This document shows, in pieces, positions 38,284-50,464 of a stretch of 64,000 nucleotides of DNA. The stretch is taken from contig JBLDXI010000007.1 of NCBI GenBank assembly GCA_047495785.1, positions 1,426,001 to 1,490,000 of the forward strand, read 5' to 3'. A program made the position numbers and the translations under genes. The notes beneath the pieces are model-generated. The model saw nothing but the letters and a program-made list of their open reading frames with translations, was not told where the DNA came from and did no database searches. The stretch's first letter is position 1, and the number at the start of each line of letters is the position of its first letter. The DNA is from Lepidodermella squamata. Lineage: Eukaryota; Animalia; Gastrotricha.

Positions 38284-39540
38284 TTCTAAAAAAATATTGA
38301 TAACTTTGAAAAATTGCCATGTCGAAAAATTGATTTTTTTTCGAAATTTCTTTACGAAGCAACGCCAGGGTTAATAGAATGAAGATAGATAGAACACATA
38401 AAATGGCTCCGAATCTTTCAACAACACGAGCAATCCGCGTCGTTGAATATCCGCCAAAAATGACGTCATCGATCAAATTTTACGATTACCTATCTCCGAC
38501 CAAAATCACGGCATATGCGGAATTTACACTTAGACGCGTAAATTTCTTCGGAATTTTCGAACAGCGGCCAGTGAAGCGGAACGTGTCGCAGACTAGAATG
38601 ACAAAATGTCGGCTTTACTGCGACTGCGGCTGAGTGTCAACTAAGGCACGTCATTTTACGCTGGATTTGCAGGGCACGTCCTACTTATAACTGACGAACC
38701 ACCGACGAAGCAACGAAGAAACCGCGTCACCGCCTCAGTGGCTGGCAATTTTTTTCATGTCACGTGAGCATGCGCATAGGCTGATCCCCCGGATTAAATA
38801 AAAAATATATATAAATTGATTAAAATTAATCAAGACTACATTGAGCTGAAATTAAAGAAGCCTAATTGAAATGGTATATGTCCATGTTTTAAATCTGGGG
38901 CACGTAATGCCGAAAGTGTGCGGCGCAGTGCCGTTAGACCAAACGCAGCACAAATTACGCATAAAGGCTCAACACGATAAGACGTTGAACTATTTCAAAA
39001 AATTCTGATTGAAAAAGTTACTTATTTTCGCAGTCGCAAGCCGCTGAGCAGCTCTGTTTGTTCGAAGCAAAAAAAAAGAAACCATCGAGAGGGCAATATA
39101 AGCCATTCGAAATCGATGTAGATTATCCCTCCTGCGTAAGTTAGGCAGGTAACACGCATGTACGCGCAAAAGACAAAAGGGCAATGTTGTATAAGAATTA
39201 TTTTCTGAATGTCTTGCAGTGAAATTCTGTTGCGCACGCTAAAATATGTCGCACGCGCTTGAACTTATTTTAGCTCTAAATAATATGCATATTCATGACG
39301 TTTATGACATTCGGAAAAGATCCCCTGATGACAAATGTAAAACCAGCAAGTGAACGTCCAAATTACCAGCTAGTCAATCAAATTTGAGTTACAAAAAACC
39401 GGTGGAAAACTATTAGAATATCGGGTACCACAAATTTGTTTCAAATTTGAAGCTTCAGAATTTTGAAACCATGAACCTTCGAAAAACCTTGGCGTAATTT
39501 TAGGAAATATTACACCGTTTTATTTTTGCAACAAATAAAA

Positions 39541-42500
39541 TCACAGGTCTTCGGTAAAGATTCCCAAAAAATCACTGACTGCTGTCTTATTTTTGGAAGA
39601 GGCTGCTTCGCCAGGTGTTCGATTATGTTTGCCATCAACCACAATAGCAAGATCCGGCTTAAAGTTACACAAAAACTTGACAACGGCCAAGTGCCCAGAT
39701 TCAGCTGCAAAATGCAACGCCGACTGACGTAGCCCGTGGTTTCCACTATCATTGCTTAACAAATAGGGGTCAGCTCCTCCCTTAATTAGCGCTTTGACCG
39801 TTCGCAAGTGACCTAGTTCAGCCGCTTTCATTAACGCAGTGCGAGCATACAAGCCACTCGACGTAAAGGCATTGACCTCACTGCCAGCTTCAATTAGATG
39901 CTTCACCATAGCTGCTTTGCCATGCCTTGCCGCGGTAATCAACATCGTTTCTTCAAACGTAGGCGCCCTGGCTTTCACGATATCAGGGTCTAACCCGACC
40001 AGATATTCGACAATATTGATGTAGCCATTTGCAGCGGCGATAAAAGCAGGCCGCTTCGATGTTTCTAAATCGGCCCCTTTTTCGACTAAAAATGTCACGA
40101 CTTCAAAATAACCACCATCACAGGCGAAACTCAACGCGCTTTTCCCCCCGAAATCCAACACGTCGATGTTGACCTTCATCTCATCGACGAGATATCGAAC
40201 AACGTCGAAGCCACCCCACCCAGCAGCGATTTGAACCGGCCGCCTTTTGCCCCATTCCTCCATTTCAGCGAAAGATGGGTCGATTTCGCAGAAGAACTTG
40301 ACGATTTCCAGGTGATTATTCTGCGCGGCGAGGTGGAACGGTGTTGAGTCGGGGTCGTCTCTTTCAAAACGCGACCCTTCGTCCAATTTAGCTAGCTTGT
40401 TCGCGTTCATATCAATGACAAGAAATCGCACGAGATCGAAATGACCAAATTCGCATGCATGGTGGAGGATCGTTTTGCATTCGCCACATTCGTCCTCATT
40501 TTCCACGACAAATTCGCGACAGTAGGCCGGCAGCTGATAAAGGAGCTGTTTTATGAACGCTAAATCACCGGCTTTTGCTCGAGCGTGAAGGTAGGATTGC
40601 GCAGGCGACGGCTGATTCTTCTGTAAAATTAAAATTCGAAAATTGCAAAGGCGTAATTTTTATAAAATCATTCTTAAATCAAGTTTCATTATTTTTTTAT
40701 TATTTTAAATTGAATTTTTTAATTTTAATTTCTTCTGAACCATGGTTTTGTATGAAATATGAGATTTTTAGCGATATTACATTTAAACTAACTTTTCCGC
40801 TTTCATTCAGCAAGTTCGTGGGATCGATTGGGTATACCGATCGCACTTGATCGATGAACCCTATAGCCCTATCGATTCGATCAAGCTCGCAAAACAGCTG
40901 AATAGCCGCATCCGGGTCAATTTGAGTGAATGACAGCGAGTTGATTTCTGCGATTCTCATCTCGAGTTCATCTCTTCTATCGTTCGTTGTCAATAATTGG
41001 ATTTCGCGCAGTTTTTCAGCCCATTTCGAAGATGACTGATCAGCTTGCTTCAGTAAGAGAGGCTTTGATGCCCGGATTTTGGCCGTTGCCTTATTGCGGG
41101 TTTTCTTATGGCCACTTTCTAAAATAGCCGCCTTCACATTCGATGATTTTTCAGCGATCCGCTGCCTTAATTCGCTTCCGTAAGCTTTAATCCACGAATT
41201 CGCGCCTTCCCATTGATTTTTAACCTGAAAAAGATTGAAAGAGCGCCGGTAAATAAAAGCGGGGCGTGATCGCATTTCAAAAACCTATTCCGATTATATT
41301 ATGAGACCGTTAACCAGAAAAATTGGCGAAATTTCGGACATCGTGAGATTTTGATAACTCTTTAATGATCAATTAACGTAGAGTCGAACGATATCAAAGA
41401 AGTTGTTGATAGTAATCAAGGTAGCAGAGAAAATTGGCTTTTAAGCGAAACATTGAGTTTATTATTGCATCAATTAATAATGCCAAACTCTGATGTTAAA
41501 ATCCTTATTCTCTTATATGCACAGTTGAAATTTTTAGGTTAATTTGAGGTGATGCATTTCACTGGATATTCGAAAACTTAGGTGGAATCAGTTTGATGTG
41601 GAAAGATAGGACTCTTAAGCGACACTATGGGGTTTCCCGTCTTTTAAAGAGGATGGGAGCACCCTAGCGGTCTGAAATTCGGAAATTAAAAATCCTCAAG
41701 AAAAACTTCTTCAAGGCAAACAACTTTTCGCGATTTGCTGGAAAATTGAGAAAACTCGCGAAACCCCACTTTTCGCTTGGTCTTGGAAAAATTTGAAAAT
41801 GTTCGTAAAATCTGGGTGCAAAAAGCTCAAGTTTAAAGTGAAATTTAGCTGGATAGTGATCGGTTAGTGATCGGTAGTTAGGTTATTAGTGATAGGTGAA
41901 ATTTCAGAAAACTTACATGGCAGAAAAGCCAATTGGCTTCGATTCGAACATGCTCGGCGTGGTTGTCGATGCAAAATTGGCAGAATTTGTTTCGTTTGTA
42001 CCCCTTGCAATGTTCACATAACACCAGCTTATCGACCAACCCAGAATGAACACAATCGTCATTAACATTCGATAGATCCTCAAAAGAAATGTCGTTTTTA
42101 GCCAGATGATCAGCAGCTCTGAGCAAACTGAAGTTCGTCGCAAATCCTTTAAAAAAATTGAATTATATTGCGCCAATGATAAGAAATTAATGAACAACTT
42201 TTCAAGCGATCAGAGCCAAGCGGGTATCCCAGCGAACATTCCGGACATTTCAGAGCGTTATTTTCGATGCTTCGACGTAAGCAAGCAACACAAAACTGAT
42301 GACCACATTCGGGAAGAATTTTCTGTTTGTTTTTTAAAGCATTAGAGGACCCCGCCCTAATTTCGGCCACTTCCTAAATTCGGCCGCTGCGTCCTAACTT
42401 CGGCCACCGGCCGAAATTTGGACACGAAGTGCTGTGCATCAGTTTTATTTGCACGCAATTCAAGAACTTTGCATTGTTGGGCCCATCTGTTTCATGATTT

Positions 42501-43397
42501 TTCAAGCACGTGATCGCAAAAAATCATTCTAAATGCGAGCGAGCGGGCTTATGTCGCTTCTCGAGTGCTCTGTTACCGCTACTTTGCAGGTATAATTTAC
42601 CTGAAACTGGCTCTTTAAAATGTACTGCTTTCACCTCAATAATTACCAGCTAAACGCCAGCTTCATTTTAGTATAAAGTATTCTATCTAAAACCGCCCAG
42701 GTGAAGAGATCCAGAGGGCCAATTTTAGGGTTTTTGAGGGTTTGATTCCAAAAATTAGCAGTCAATAGGGGAATTGAATTCGGCAAAACAAAATCAATAC
42801 TCTCATTCTACAGAAGGCAAGGGATTTTTTAGATATTTTTCCAGAATTTTAGAAAGTCAACCGCAGTTAGGCTATTAGGTAGAAAACAAGTTATCAAACT
42901 TGTACCTGTCAAAACAAGTTTAGGTTTCAGGCATCACGTCGTCAAGGAAAAGCTCACAGGTGAAGCAACAAAGGCGGTTTTTATAGTCAGCTTTTTGAGA
43001 CAAATCTAACGATACCAAACTTATGGTATTAGTGTACCTGGATGAGGTGGCCGAAATTAGGGCACCCCGCTCCCTAATTCCGGCCGGGTGTCTGAGTGAC
43101 TAAAAAATTAGCCATAAATCAAGGTAAAATCGTCCGGACTTGCGGAAAGCGGCATTCGATAGCCTAATAACGCCTCTTTAATTATGTTTATGCCGAATAT
43201 TTTCTGAAAATTTACCTGGCTGGCAAAGTCGGAAAAACCTGAAAAGCGGCCGAAATTAGGGCGGGGTCCTCTATAATTGCCGCAATCTTCATTACACCCG
43301 GGGCATTCGATCTGCTGTAAATATAGGGAGAACAAATTGTCGGAAAATTTATAAGAACCTAGCCGCAAACCTTGCGAAAATCGACAGAGATACTCAT
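39541..43397 (-). CDS. TRIM-like RING-HC / B-box-like / coiled-coil / ankyrin-repeat protein, RING exon interrupted by a transposon
   Basis: MSISVDFSQ|QIECPGCNEDCGNY[insertion]NALKNKQKILPECGHQFCVAC...CPEC; a 52-nt intron gives RFATNFSLLRAA; CEHC...FCQFCIDNHAEH; helical exon about 40791-41226; terminal exon with about 9 ankyrin repeats. All junctions are in frame once the element is removed. Confidence 0.8.
42345..43271. mobile_element. Non-autonomous DNA transposon (927 bp, TA TSD, GC-rich TIRs) inserted in a coding exon
   Basis: TA|gaggaccccgccctaatttcggcc ... ggccgaaattagggcggggtcctc|TA. Removing the element plus one TA restores CGNYNALK. Confidence 0.92.
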
Positions 43398-43408
43398 GTG
43401 AAAATCTA

Positions 43409-43592
43409 GAGGACCCCGCCCTAATTTCGGCCGCTTTTCAGGTTTTTCCGACTTTGCCAGCCAGGTAAATTTTCAGAAAATATTCGGCATAAAACTGATG
43501 CACAGCACTTCGTGTCCAAATTTCGGCCGGTGGCCGAAGTTAGGACGCAGCGGCCGAATTTAGGAAGTGGCCGAAATTAGGGCGGGGTCCTC
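43409..43592. mobile_element. 184-bp internally deleted copy of the 42345-43271 element, opposite orientation
   Basis: Same TIRs and TA TSD. Both halves match the ends of the long copy and are joined at an ataaa microhomology. Confidence 0.92.
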
Positions 43593-44529
43593 TAGGGATG
43601 AAGAGCACTGGATTCGAAAAATTGAATCAGAATGAAATTCAAGTAATCCCGCTGCTTGTCATAAGAATGCAATTAATGTTGCTCTTAATGTTGCGTCACA
43701 CACGTTCCAAGAAACTGCTGAAGAAGGCCAACATGATTCCGACTTGGGTGATGCACATTTTTACGCTGAATACTACGGCGCAAAACATTGTTTCGAGAAA
43801 AAATTGTGTAGAATGCATATTTCACCTTTCCGAAAATACCCACTTTTGGGAGTGCTTAAATTCTAAAATCGACGATTCCAGGCCGAGACTGTGTGTGCAT
43901 ACTGGGACCATTGAGATGTACCTCCAGTAAAAATATCACGCCAGGAAACGCTACAGATAGCGAGTACCAGCGCCTTGACTACTGTTGCTATGATCTGGCG
44001 TGGGTTTCAGTTTTTGAAATTTGCAGCCTCGCCATTACGCCGTGGCAAAAAAATCACTGAAGTTTCTCAGTTTTTGATGGTCTATCCAAAAACATGAAAT
44101 GGGTCGTTGTTCGAATTAATTTTAATGACTTTAGCGCGCAAGTTGGGGCCAAAACAGCTTCGGAAACTGTTTTACCGTTGGAACCTCCATTATAGTGGTG
44201 CTAATAATCAGACCAGCAGATTCCGACTCATTTCTACGCCTAAGGTTGATTGTAATTTTATTTCAATATGTATATATTTTATTTTTCACGCTTTTTTCAA
44301 TTTTTCACAAAAGCTACCAGAGTTTGAACAGATGATGGAAATTTGCCATTCGGAGATGACGTAGGAATCTACGCGAAAATGTTCTCGCTTCGCAGCTGGA
44401 AATACAACGAAAAGAATACGCCCTCGACCCTTTCGGTGCGAAGCCAAAATGCTCATCATTTATTTAATTTAATTTTTTAATTTTCTCTCATATCCTAAAG
44501 AGTAAAGAGAACACTCTCCAAAGAGCAAG

Positions 44530-46250
44530 ATGATCGGACCGTTTATCGTATCGTTTGTTTTCATCAGTTCCGCATTCTGTGCCGATCCACCACCCTACCC
44601 TCAAGTCGATGGTAAAATATAAAAGATGAAACAAGGAATTTTCTTGAATTTTCTCAATTTTCCAGGGGCTTTCGTTTGCAGCATGGGCTCGTCATACTCT
44701 GGCGATTCACAGGAAAACTACGCCGAGTACTGCTGCCTGAGAAGTGACCAACCTGCAACAGGCGACACTAAAATCACATCAGTTGACGGCGGAGCTTGGT
44801 CTCCGATCAACTTCGCCTGTGGCACCTCGAAATGCGGCCCGTCCACGCCGGCGGTTGCACCTTTTAGGGAACCTACAAAAAACGTGAGCATCCTCAATTT
44901 TTGTTCAAAATTTCAGCGAGTTGAAGTTTCGTGAATATTTAGAATCAATGTCAAGGTGACATTTCCGGGCCGACAACTCGTTGCCTTGATGACGTAGCCG
45001 CCGATCTTGTCCCAGTTTCGATTCCTGAAGTTCTGACTCGACATAATTGCTGGAGGCGTGAGTACATTAGAATAGCTAAATATTTAATTAAAATTAAAAA
45101 TCATTTATCAACATTTTGAATTAAAGGTTCCAACGCTAAATTGTTCCAAATTATTGTTTTCCACTTCCCGTCATCCCTAGACTTAAATGTGTAACTGCTT
45201 GATCTAACTATTTCGAGCTTTGATCGGTCAGTTTAGGATTCGTATTTCAGCCAGCAAAGCCGATATCGATTCCAGGTATCGATTTTGAAAAGTGAAAAAT
45301 CAGTGATTTTTCCGATAATCAGAAGCTTTTAGTGCTCCTCCTGGTCCACGGTATTAGGTAGCTAAAATGAGAATACCAATGAAAATGCCGAAATTGCAAA
45401 CAAAAATTGGAAAAATTAATGCCAGGGCGCTTAATTTCAGTGGTGGTCCAGGCCATTTGGATATTCAACTATAAACTGATTTTGAACTCGAACAGACAAC
45501 ACAAACCCTCCGGCTGCTAATTTGCCTGATCTTCAATGGGACGATGAACTGGCGCAAGTCGCTGAACGGTGATTATAACTATTATCACGTATATGAGCGG
45601 ATTTATCAATTATTTTTTTGCTATTTTTAAGCTGGGCTGCCCAGTGCCCGAATGGCCACGACAGCGGTCCAGCCCGTGCGTTGCCTCACCGCGAAACTGA
45701 CGGCGTTTCTTGGAACAAAGTCGGCCAAAACATCTGCTACCATTCGTTGAACCAAACTTGGTCGGCTTGCATTGATGCTTGGGTAAGTATACGAGTCATC
45801 GGGTGAAATAATGACGATCGATTCCTAATTTATTCTCGCGAAAAGGCCGAGGAGCAGAAGGATTTCACCTACGGCAAGGGCAAAACAGGTTCCGGCCAAG
45901 TCGGTCATTACACCCAGGGTAATTACCGAATTTACCCTTAAATTAATTTGAATTAATTTTTTCCAATTTATTTTCTGCATGAAGTTGTTGCTGAGCGCAG
46001 TCGATTTGTTGGGTGAGTATTTTTGGCGAGAGGGACTAATAAATTTAAAAAAAATTCTAATAGCTGTGGAAAAGCTTACTGCCCAGGTCGGAAGTATGAA
46101 TTCGTCCAGGTAAGGAAAAAACTTTTCATGTATCACCTTAATTTGGGTATTTTTCAGGTTTGCAATTACGGCCCAGCGGGTAATATGAAGATTTTCGGGG
46201 CTGACGGAAATGTCGAGGATGGTAACAAGTATCCATATGCTACGCAATGA
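44530..46250 (+). CDS. Secreted CAP/SCP/TAPS (CRISP/antigen 5/PR-1) family protein with a Cys-rich N-terminal extension
   Basis: Signal MIGPFIVSFVFISSAFC; RHNCWRR; LQWDDELAQVAE.WAAQC; GQNI; GHYTQ; VCNYGPAGN. Confidence 0.9.
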
Positions 46251-46666
46251 AGATGATGAGATGATGAGTAGTTAGCAGAGGCCATGAAATATATGGATAT
46301 TACAAAATTGAAGAGTTGAGAATGGCCATGAAGTGCAGTTTGCTGCAGAATAAATTATTGGAAAATTAAGAATATTCACACGTTTAAAAAAATCGATAGA
46401 TGTTGAAAATCAATGATTTTTTCTGATATTATAAGTCCTTAGAAATGGTTCCATCCTGGGTGGAAATGGTGGGCGTCATGTATCGATCAAACTAAAAAGG
46501 TCGAAATTCTCAAATTATTGCCTAAATTTAGTGCTAGAACCTCATTAATCGAATTTACATAAAAAACCGAACGTTTTATTTAAAATTTGCTTTCGCTGAT
46601 GCAATTCAGGTCATCGCAATGTTCGAATATTTTTGATAATTATGTTCTTTGATTTTCACTCGCGGT

Positions 46667-49204
46667 TTATCTGCGAATGGCTTCCAGGTAGATGGGACTT
46701 TCGGCGAATCGCGACTCGCTAGCTGCCCATTTGATCGGTTGCTAATATTACAATTCAAAATAAATAAGATAATTGTGTGATACAGACAAAGGTTACCTTC
46801 GTTTTCGGTGACAAGGCGAACTCGAAGCGGCAAACCAAGCTTGCAATCAGCAGTTTCATCTCGAGCTGGGCCAGCCGGATGCCAACGCAGTTTCGATTAC
46901 CAGCGCCGAAAGGCATGAAGGAAAACGGTACGATTCGGCCTCGATTCTCGTCGGAAAACCTTTCCGGATCGAAGGTTTCCGGTTCGTGCCACAACTCTGG
47001 GTCGTGGTGAACAGCGTGAATCGGGATATTAACGCTAACACCCTTAGGAATGTTCAGACCATTGATCGTTATGTCCTCAGTGCACATTCGATTGACTCTA
47101 AAAGAATAGAAAAATAATATCGAAAATTAAAATTATAGTTAAACAGCGTGGAGACAAAATTTACGGATCGATTGATTTTTTTTCCAATAATCGATAATCG
47201 ATAAAATACATTTTTGATGAATTTTGAAAAATTTGAAAAAAATCGCACTCTGAATTTTTATTTAAAATAAATTAAAAAAATAAAGGAACTTGAAAGAAAC
47301 CTCAGAAACGGCGTGTAAAATCGCATCGTTTCATTGATGACCATATCCAGGTACTTGAGTTCGGCTAGTGTCTCCATGTTCATCGCTCGCCCACCCTCAA
47401 TGAAGATCGCCTTCAGTTCGTGGTAGAGTTTAGCCTGGACTTCGGGAAATTGGCTGAGTGCCAACAAAATCAACGTCACAGTATTCGCAACAGTTTCATA
47501 GCCCGCCAGAAAGAACATGACAGATTGGCCGATAATTTCGTCTCGCGTGATACCGTCTCGCAGCCATACACCGCCGTATTCGTCGACTTCCCGCATGTGA
47601 GCATTGTCAGGGTCGTTAGGGTCTTTTTCGCTGGGCAGCACTACGGCGAGAAAATCGGATCGATTCACGTTGGCTTCGTTTTTCTTCCTTCGGTTCAGCT
47701 CTTGATCGACTGCATTTTCAAATAAATCCATTGCTGAGTTCCATTTTTCAACCTGAGGCATGTTCCGCAACAGCCAGCCGCCAAGGTCCGGAAAAGTGAC
47801 TATGAGTAAGAAGATTATTAAAATAAAATTGAAAAATATCAGAAAACTCACAAGCTAAGCCAATGAAGGCTCCGGTTGTAGTAATTGTCGAAAAGGCAGT
47901 TCGTGCCGCGCTAACAAATGCGCTGTCTGGGTTGTTCAATGAGTCCAAATCCATAGCAAACGCGACCGAGCCAATAACTACAGGATAAATAACAAGGCCC
48001 AGGTTAAGTTTGGGAAAAATGTCATCCTATAGGTTTCAAAAAACCACATCAGTTCAATAAAATTGTCATTTTTTTGCTGAACTTTTTTTCGCTCTAGAAT
48101 AATGAATATTGGGTCTAGCGCAAAATTTCCGATTTTTCATGTTTTGTGCGATTTCGAAATGATGCTATTTTTGTTCAGTAATGATGCAGCCTATAGCCGT
48201 GGGATTTTCTATCCTAGCTATCTGTTATTACATTCGGGTATACAGAAACATTTCAAATTCGGGCTGAAAAAACTGATTATTTCAGAAAATCACTGATTTG
48301 TAAAATCGATAATCGATACGCGAAATCGATATCAGGTCTGTAGACTAAACTGTAACTCGTAGATCGGCCGGTGATGGCGGAAACTGCGCGTAAGATCTAT
48401 CGGGTAGGTTTGATGATCCAAAAACAAGAAAACTAGAAAACCGAAAGACCTTATTTTAGGAAAAATTAAGTTTCAAATTTCAAGGTGACACTGAGGTTCC
48501 GGTTTTAGATGGCTTTTATTACCGTCAATAGTGAAGCAGCCGGCGTATTTCTTGACATCCAAACTTTCATTCGCATCAGCCGCTCTGCCGACATTGTCGA
48601 CAAATCGCTCGACAATCGTCTTGATAAGAGGCTCCATTTTCCTGATATTCGCAGGCGTGAAGGCGGGCGTGATTGTCTGGCGAACGTGTTTCCATCGCCG
48701 ACCGGTCAGGCTGAGGCCGAGGTTCACCGGCCGATCTCGTGACACGAACAACATCTTAATAAAATTTTGAATTTGATATCGTTTTACTGAACAAAATTAT
48801 TACCCTTCGATCGATGAAATTTTCGTGATATTTCACCATAACTTGCTTGAGCATTTCGGGGTCAGCCATCGTAATGACAGGCTGGCGTCCTTCGAAGTAG
48901 CCGAAAATTTTGCCATGTTCTTTGATCAACTTGCATTCGAGGTCGAACAAATCAGTTTTCTATAACATGAAGATAACCAGGTGATTTGAAAATTATTCCA
49001 AAATGGGTGAAAAATTACAGATTTCATGTAGAGGTCCCAGGATCCAATGAACGGCCTGGACGGTATCTCATAGAGGCCCATTTCTTTGAAAACGTGACGA
49101 AATTTATGAACATATTGATAAGCCTTGATGAAAGCTAGAATGGCCACTATGGTTATCCCGCTGGCAAAGCATCCCAAAACTAGGAATATCGAAAATATGG
49201 CCAT
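46667..49204 (-). CDS. Cytochrome P450, CYP3-clan-like
   Basis: N-terminal TM anchor; WKHVRQTITPAFT; I-helix FFLAGYET; K-helix ETMR; FDPERF; haem motif FGAGNRNCVG; last exon QPIKWAASESRFAESPIYLEAIRR*. Confidence 0.95.
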
Positions 49205-49640
49205 TGCACTATAACTTGAAAATATTTAGATTTTGAATTGAAATTGAAGTAGAAAAACTTGCAATGATTGCAGTTTGGATAGAAAGAAATAACATGCCAT
49301 CAACGCGGCAGCTTGCAGTCAAGCGCGACTTATCATTTCGTGTCCGTAACCATAGCAACCGCAAACAAGATGTGTTAGCAGGTGTCTGCCACGCGTTCAC
49401 TTCGATGACTCATGCTACGTCACGTCAAATTCAATTTCATTACTTATCCGTGAATTTGTGAACTTCAAATACTAGGAATTTCTCGAAAATTAACTGCTGA
49501 CTTCTGCTGCGCCAATTCTTTGTCTATTCTCCCGAATTATCAGGGAAAGAAAATAACGCCAAGAAAAGAAGGAAAATTGTAGTTACTCATTTCCGTAACT
49601 TCCAATATATCTCAGGTTATTCGGCTTGTTCTTCAATTAT

Positions 49641-49800
49641 ACGGGTGTGGCGCGAACGCCGATACCCAAGTGAAATATTTTGCACCCGACTCCACCGATG
49701 AGGCAGAGCGCAGGGGTCAGCGGACCGCAGTGCAATGGCCCGCCTCGCCCTGGGGCGACCGACTTGCTGAGCTCGGTTCATCCCAGTGCCAGGTAAGTTT
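49641..49800 (-). ncRNA. U1: U1 spliceosomal snRNA (variant)
   Basis: 5' AAACUUACCUGGC; stem-loop II loop AUUGCAC; three-stem junction closed by a 5'/3' helix (gcact/ggtgc); terminal hairpin GGGU..GGCG-UUCG-CGCC..ACCC; about 160 nt. Confidence 0.92.
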
Positions 49801-49917
49801 AGTGGCCAAAGGTCCATGCGATCGACCCCACTCATTAGTTTCACGATAGACGGACACTCAGGTCATTTGTCTATTCCTTTTTCACGTTTGAATTTTGATG
49901 AAAAATGTCGCGACATT

Positions 49918-49989
49918 TAGCAGAGCGTAGTTTCGATCTACAGACCTCTGGGTTATGGGCCCAGCGCGCTTCCACTGCGCCACTCTGCT
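49918..49989 (-). tRNA. Initiator tRNA-Met (CAT)
   Basis: AGCAGAGTGGCGCAGTGGAAGCGCGCTGGGCCCATAACCCAGAGGTCTGTAGATCGAAACTACGCTCTGCTA. It has an A1-U72 pair, three G-C pairs in the anticodon stem and an AUCGAAA T-loop. Confidence 0.97.
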
Positions 49990-50059
49990 TGTCTGAATAT
50001 AGAATTAATCACTCGATAATTATTTTCAACTTTTTTATGAATTCAAATGAAAAAAATGA

Positions 50060-50141
50060 TGGCAGCGGTGGGGTTCGAACCCACGCCTCCGAAGAGACTA
50101 GAGCCTAAATCTAGCGCCTTAGACCACTCGGCCACGCTACC
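50060..50141 (-). tRNA. tRNA-Leu (TAG)
   Basis: GGTAGCGTGGCCGAGTGGTCTAAGGCGCTAGATTTAGGCTCTAGTCTCTTCGGAGGCGTGGGTTCGAACCCCACCGCTGCCA, with a long variable arm and a downstream T-run terminator. Confidence 0.97.
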
Positions 50142-50464
50142 GGTTGGATGGGAGCCATTCAGAACGTTATCAAGAGTAAAAGATGATCAATAATCAAAAG
50201 AAGACTGAATCTACATTACAGTTCTGACGAATATTTGCTCTTGTAACTAAAAACCCTTGACAGGCAGCGAAAATCCTAATTTTAGCAGATCCTCATATGA
50301 AAAGGCTGCTGATTGAGAAATTAAATTTGAAATCTTAAACTTACATTTCAACACTACAACATTCTCCACAATCTTTCATGAGCTATTCATCAGGTATTTG
50401 TAGGATTGTGTCTCCTCATTAATTTTTCTCACAAAACCCTGTTATAGATTCGGTCAGTCCAATT

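Noticed and set aside
42149-42200. Apparent stop and frameshift after the RING domain suggesting a pseudogene
   Set aside because: A 52-nt gttgtt...ttttaaag intron restores the frame to RFATNFSLLRAADH.
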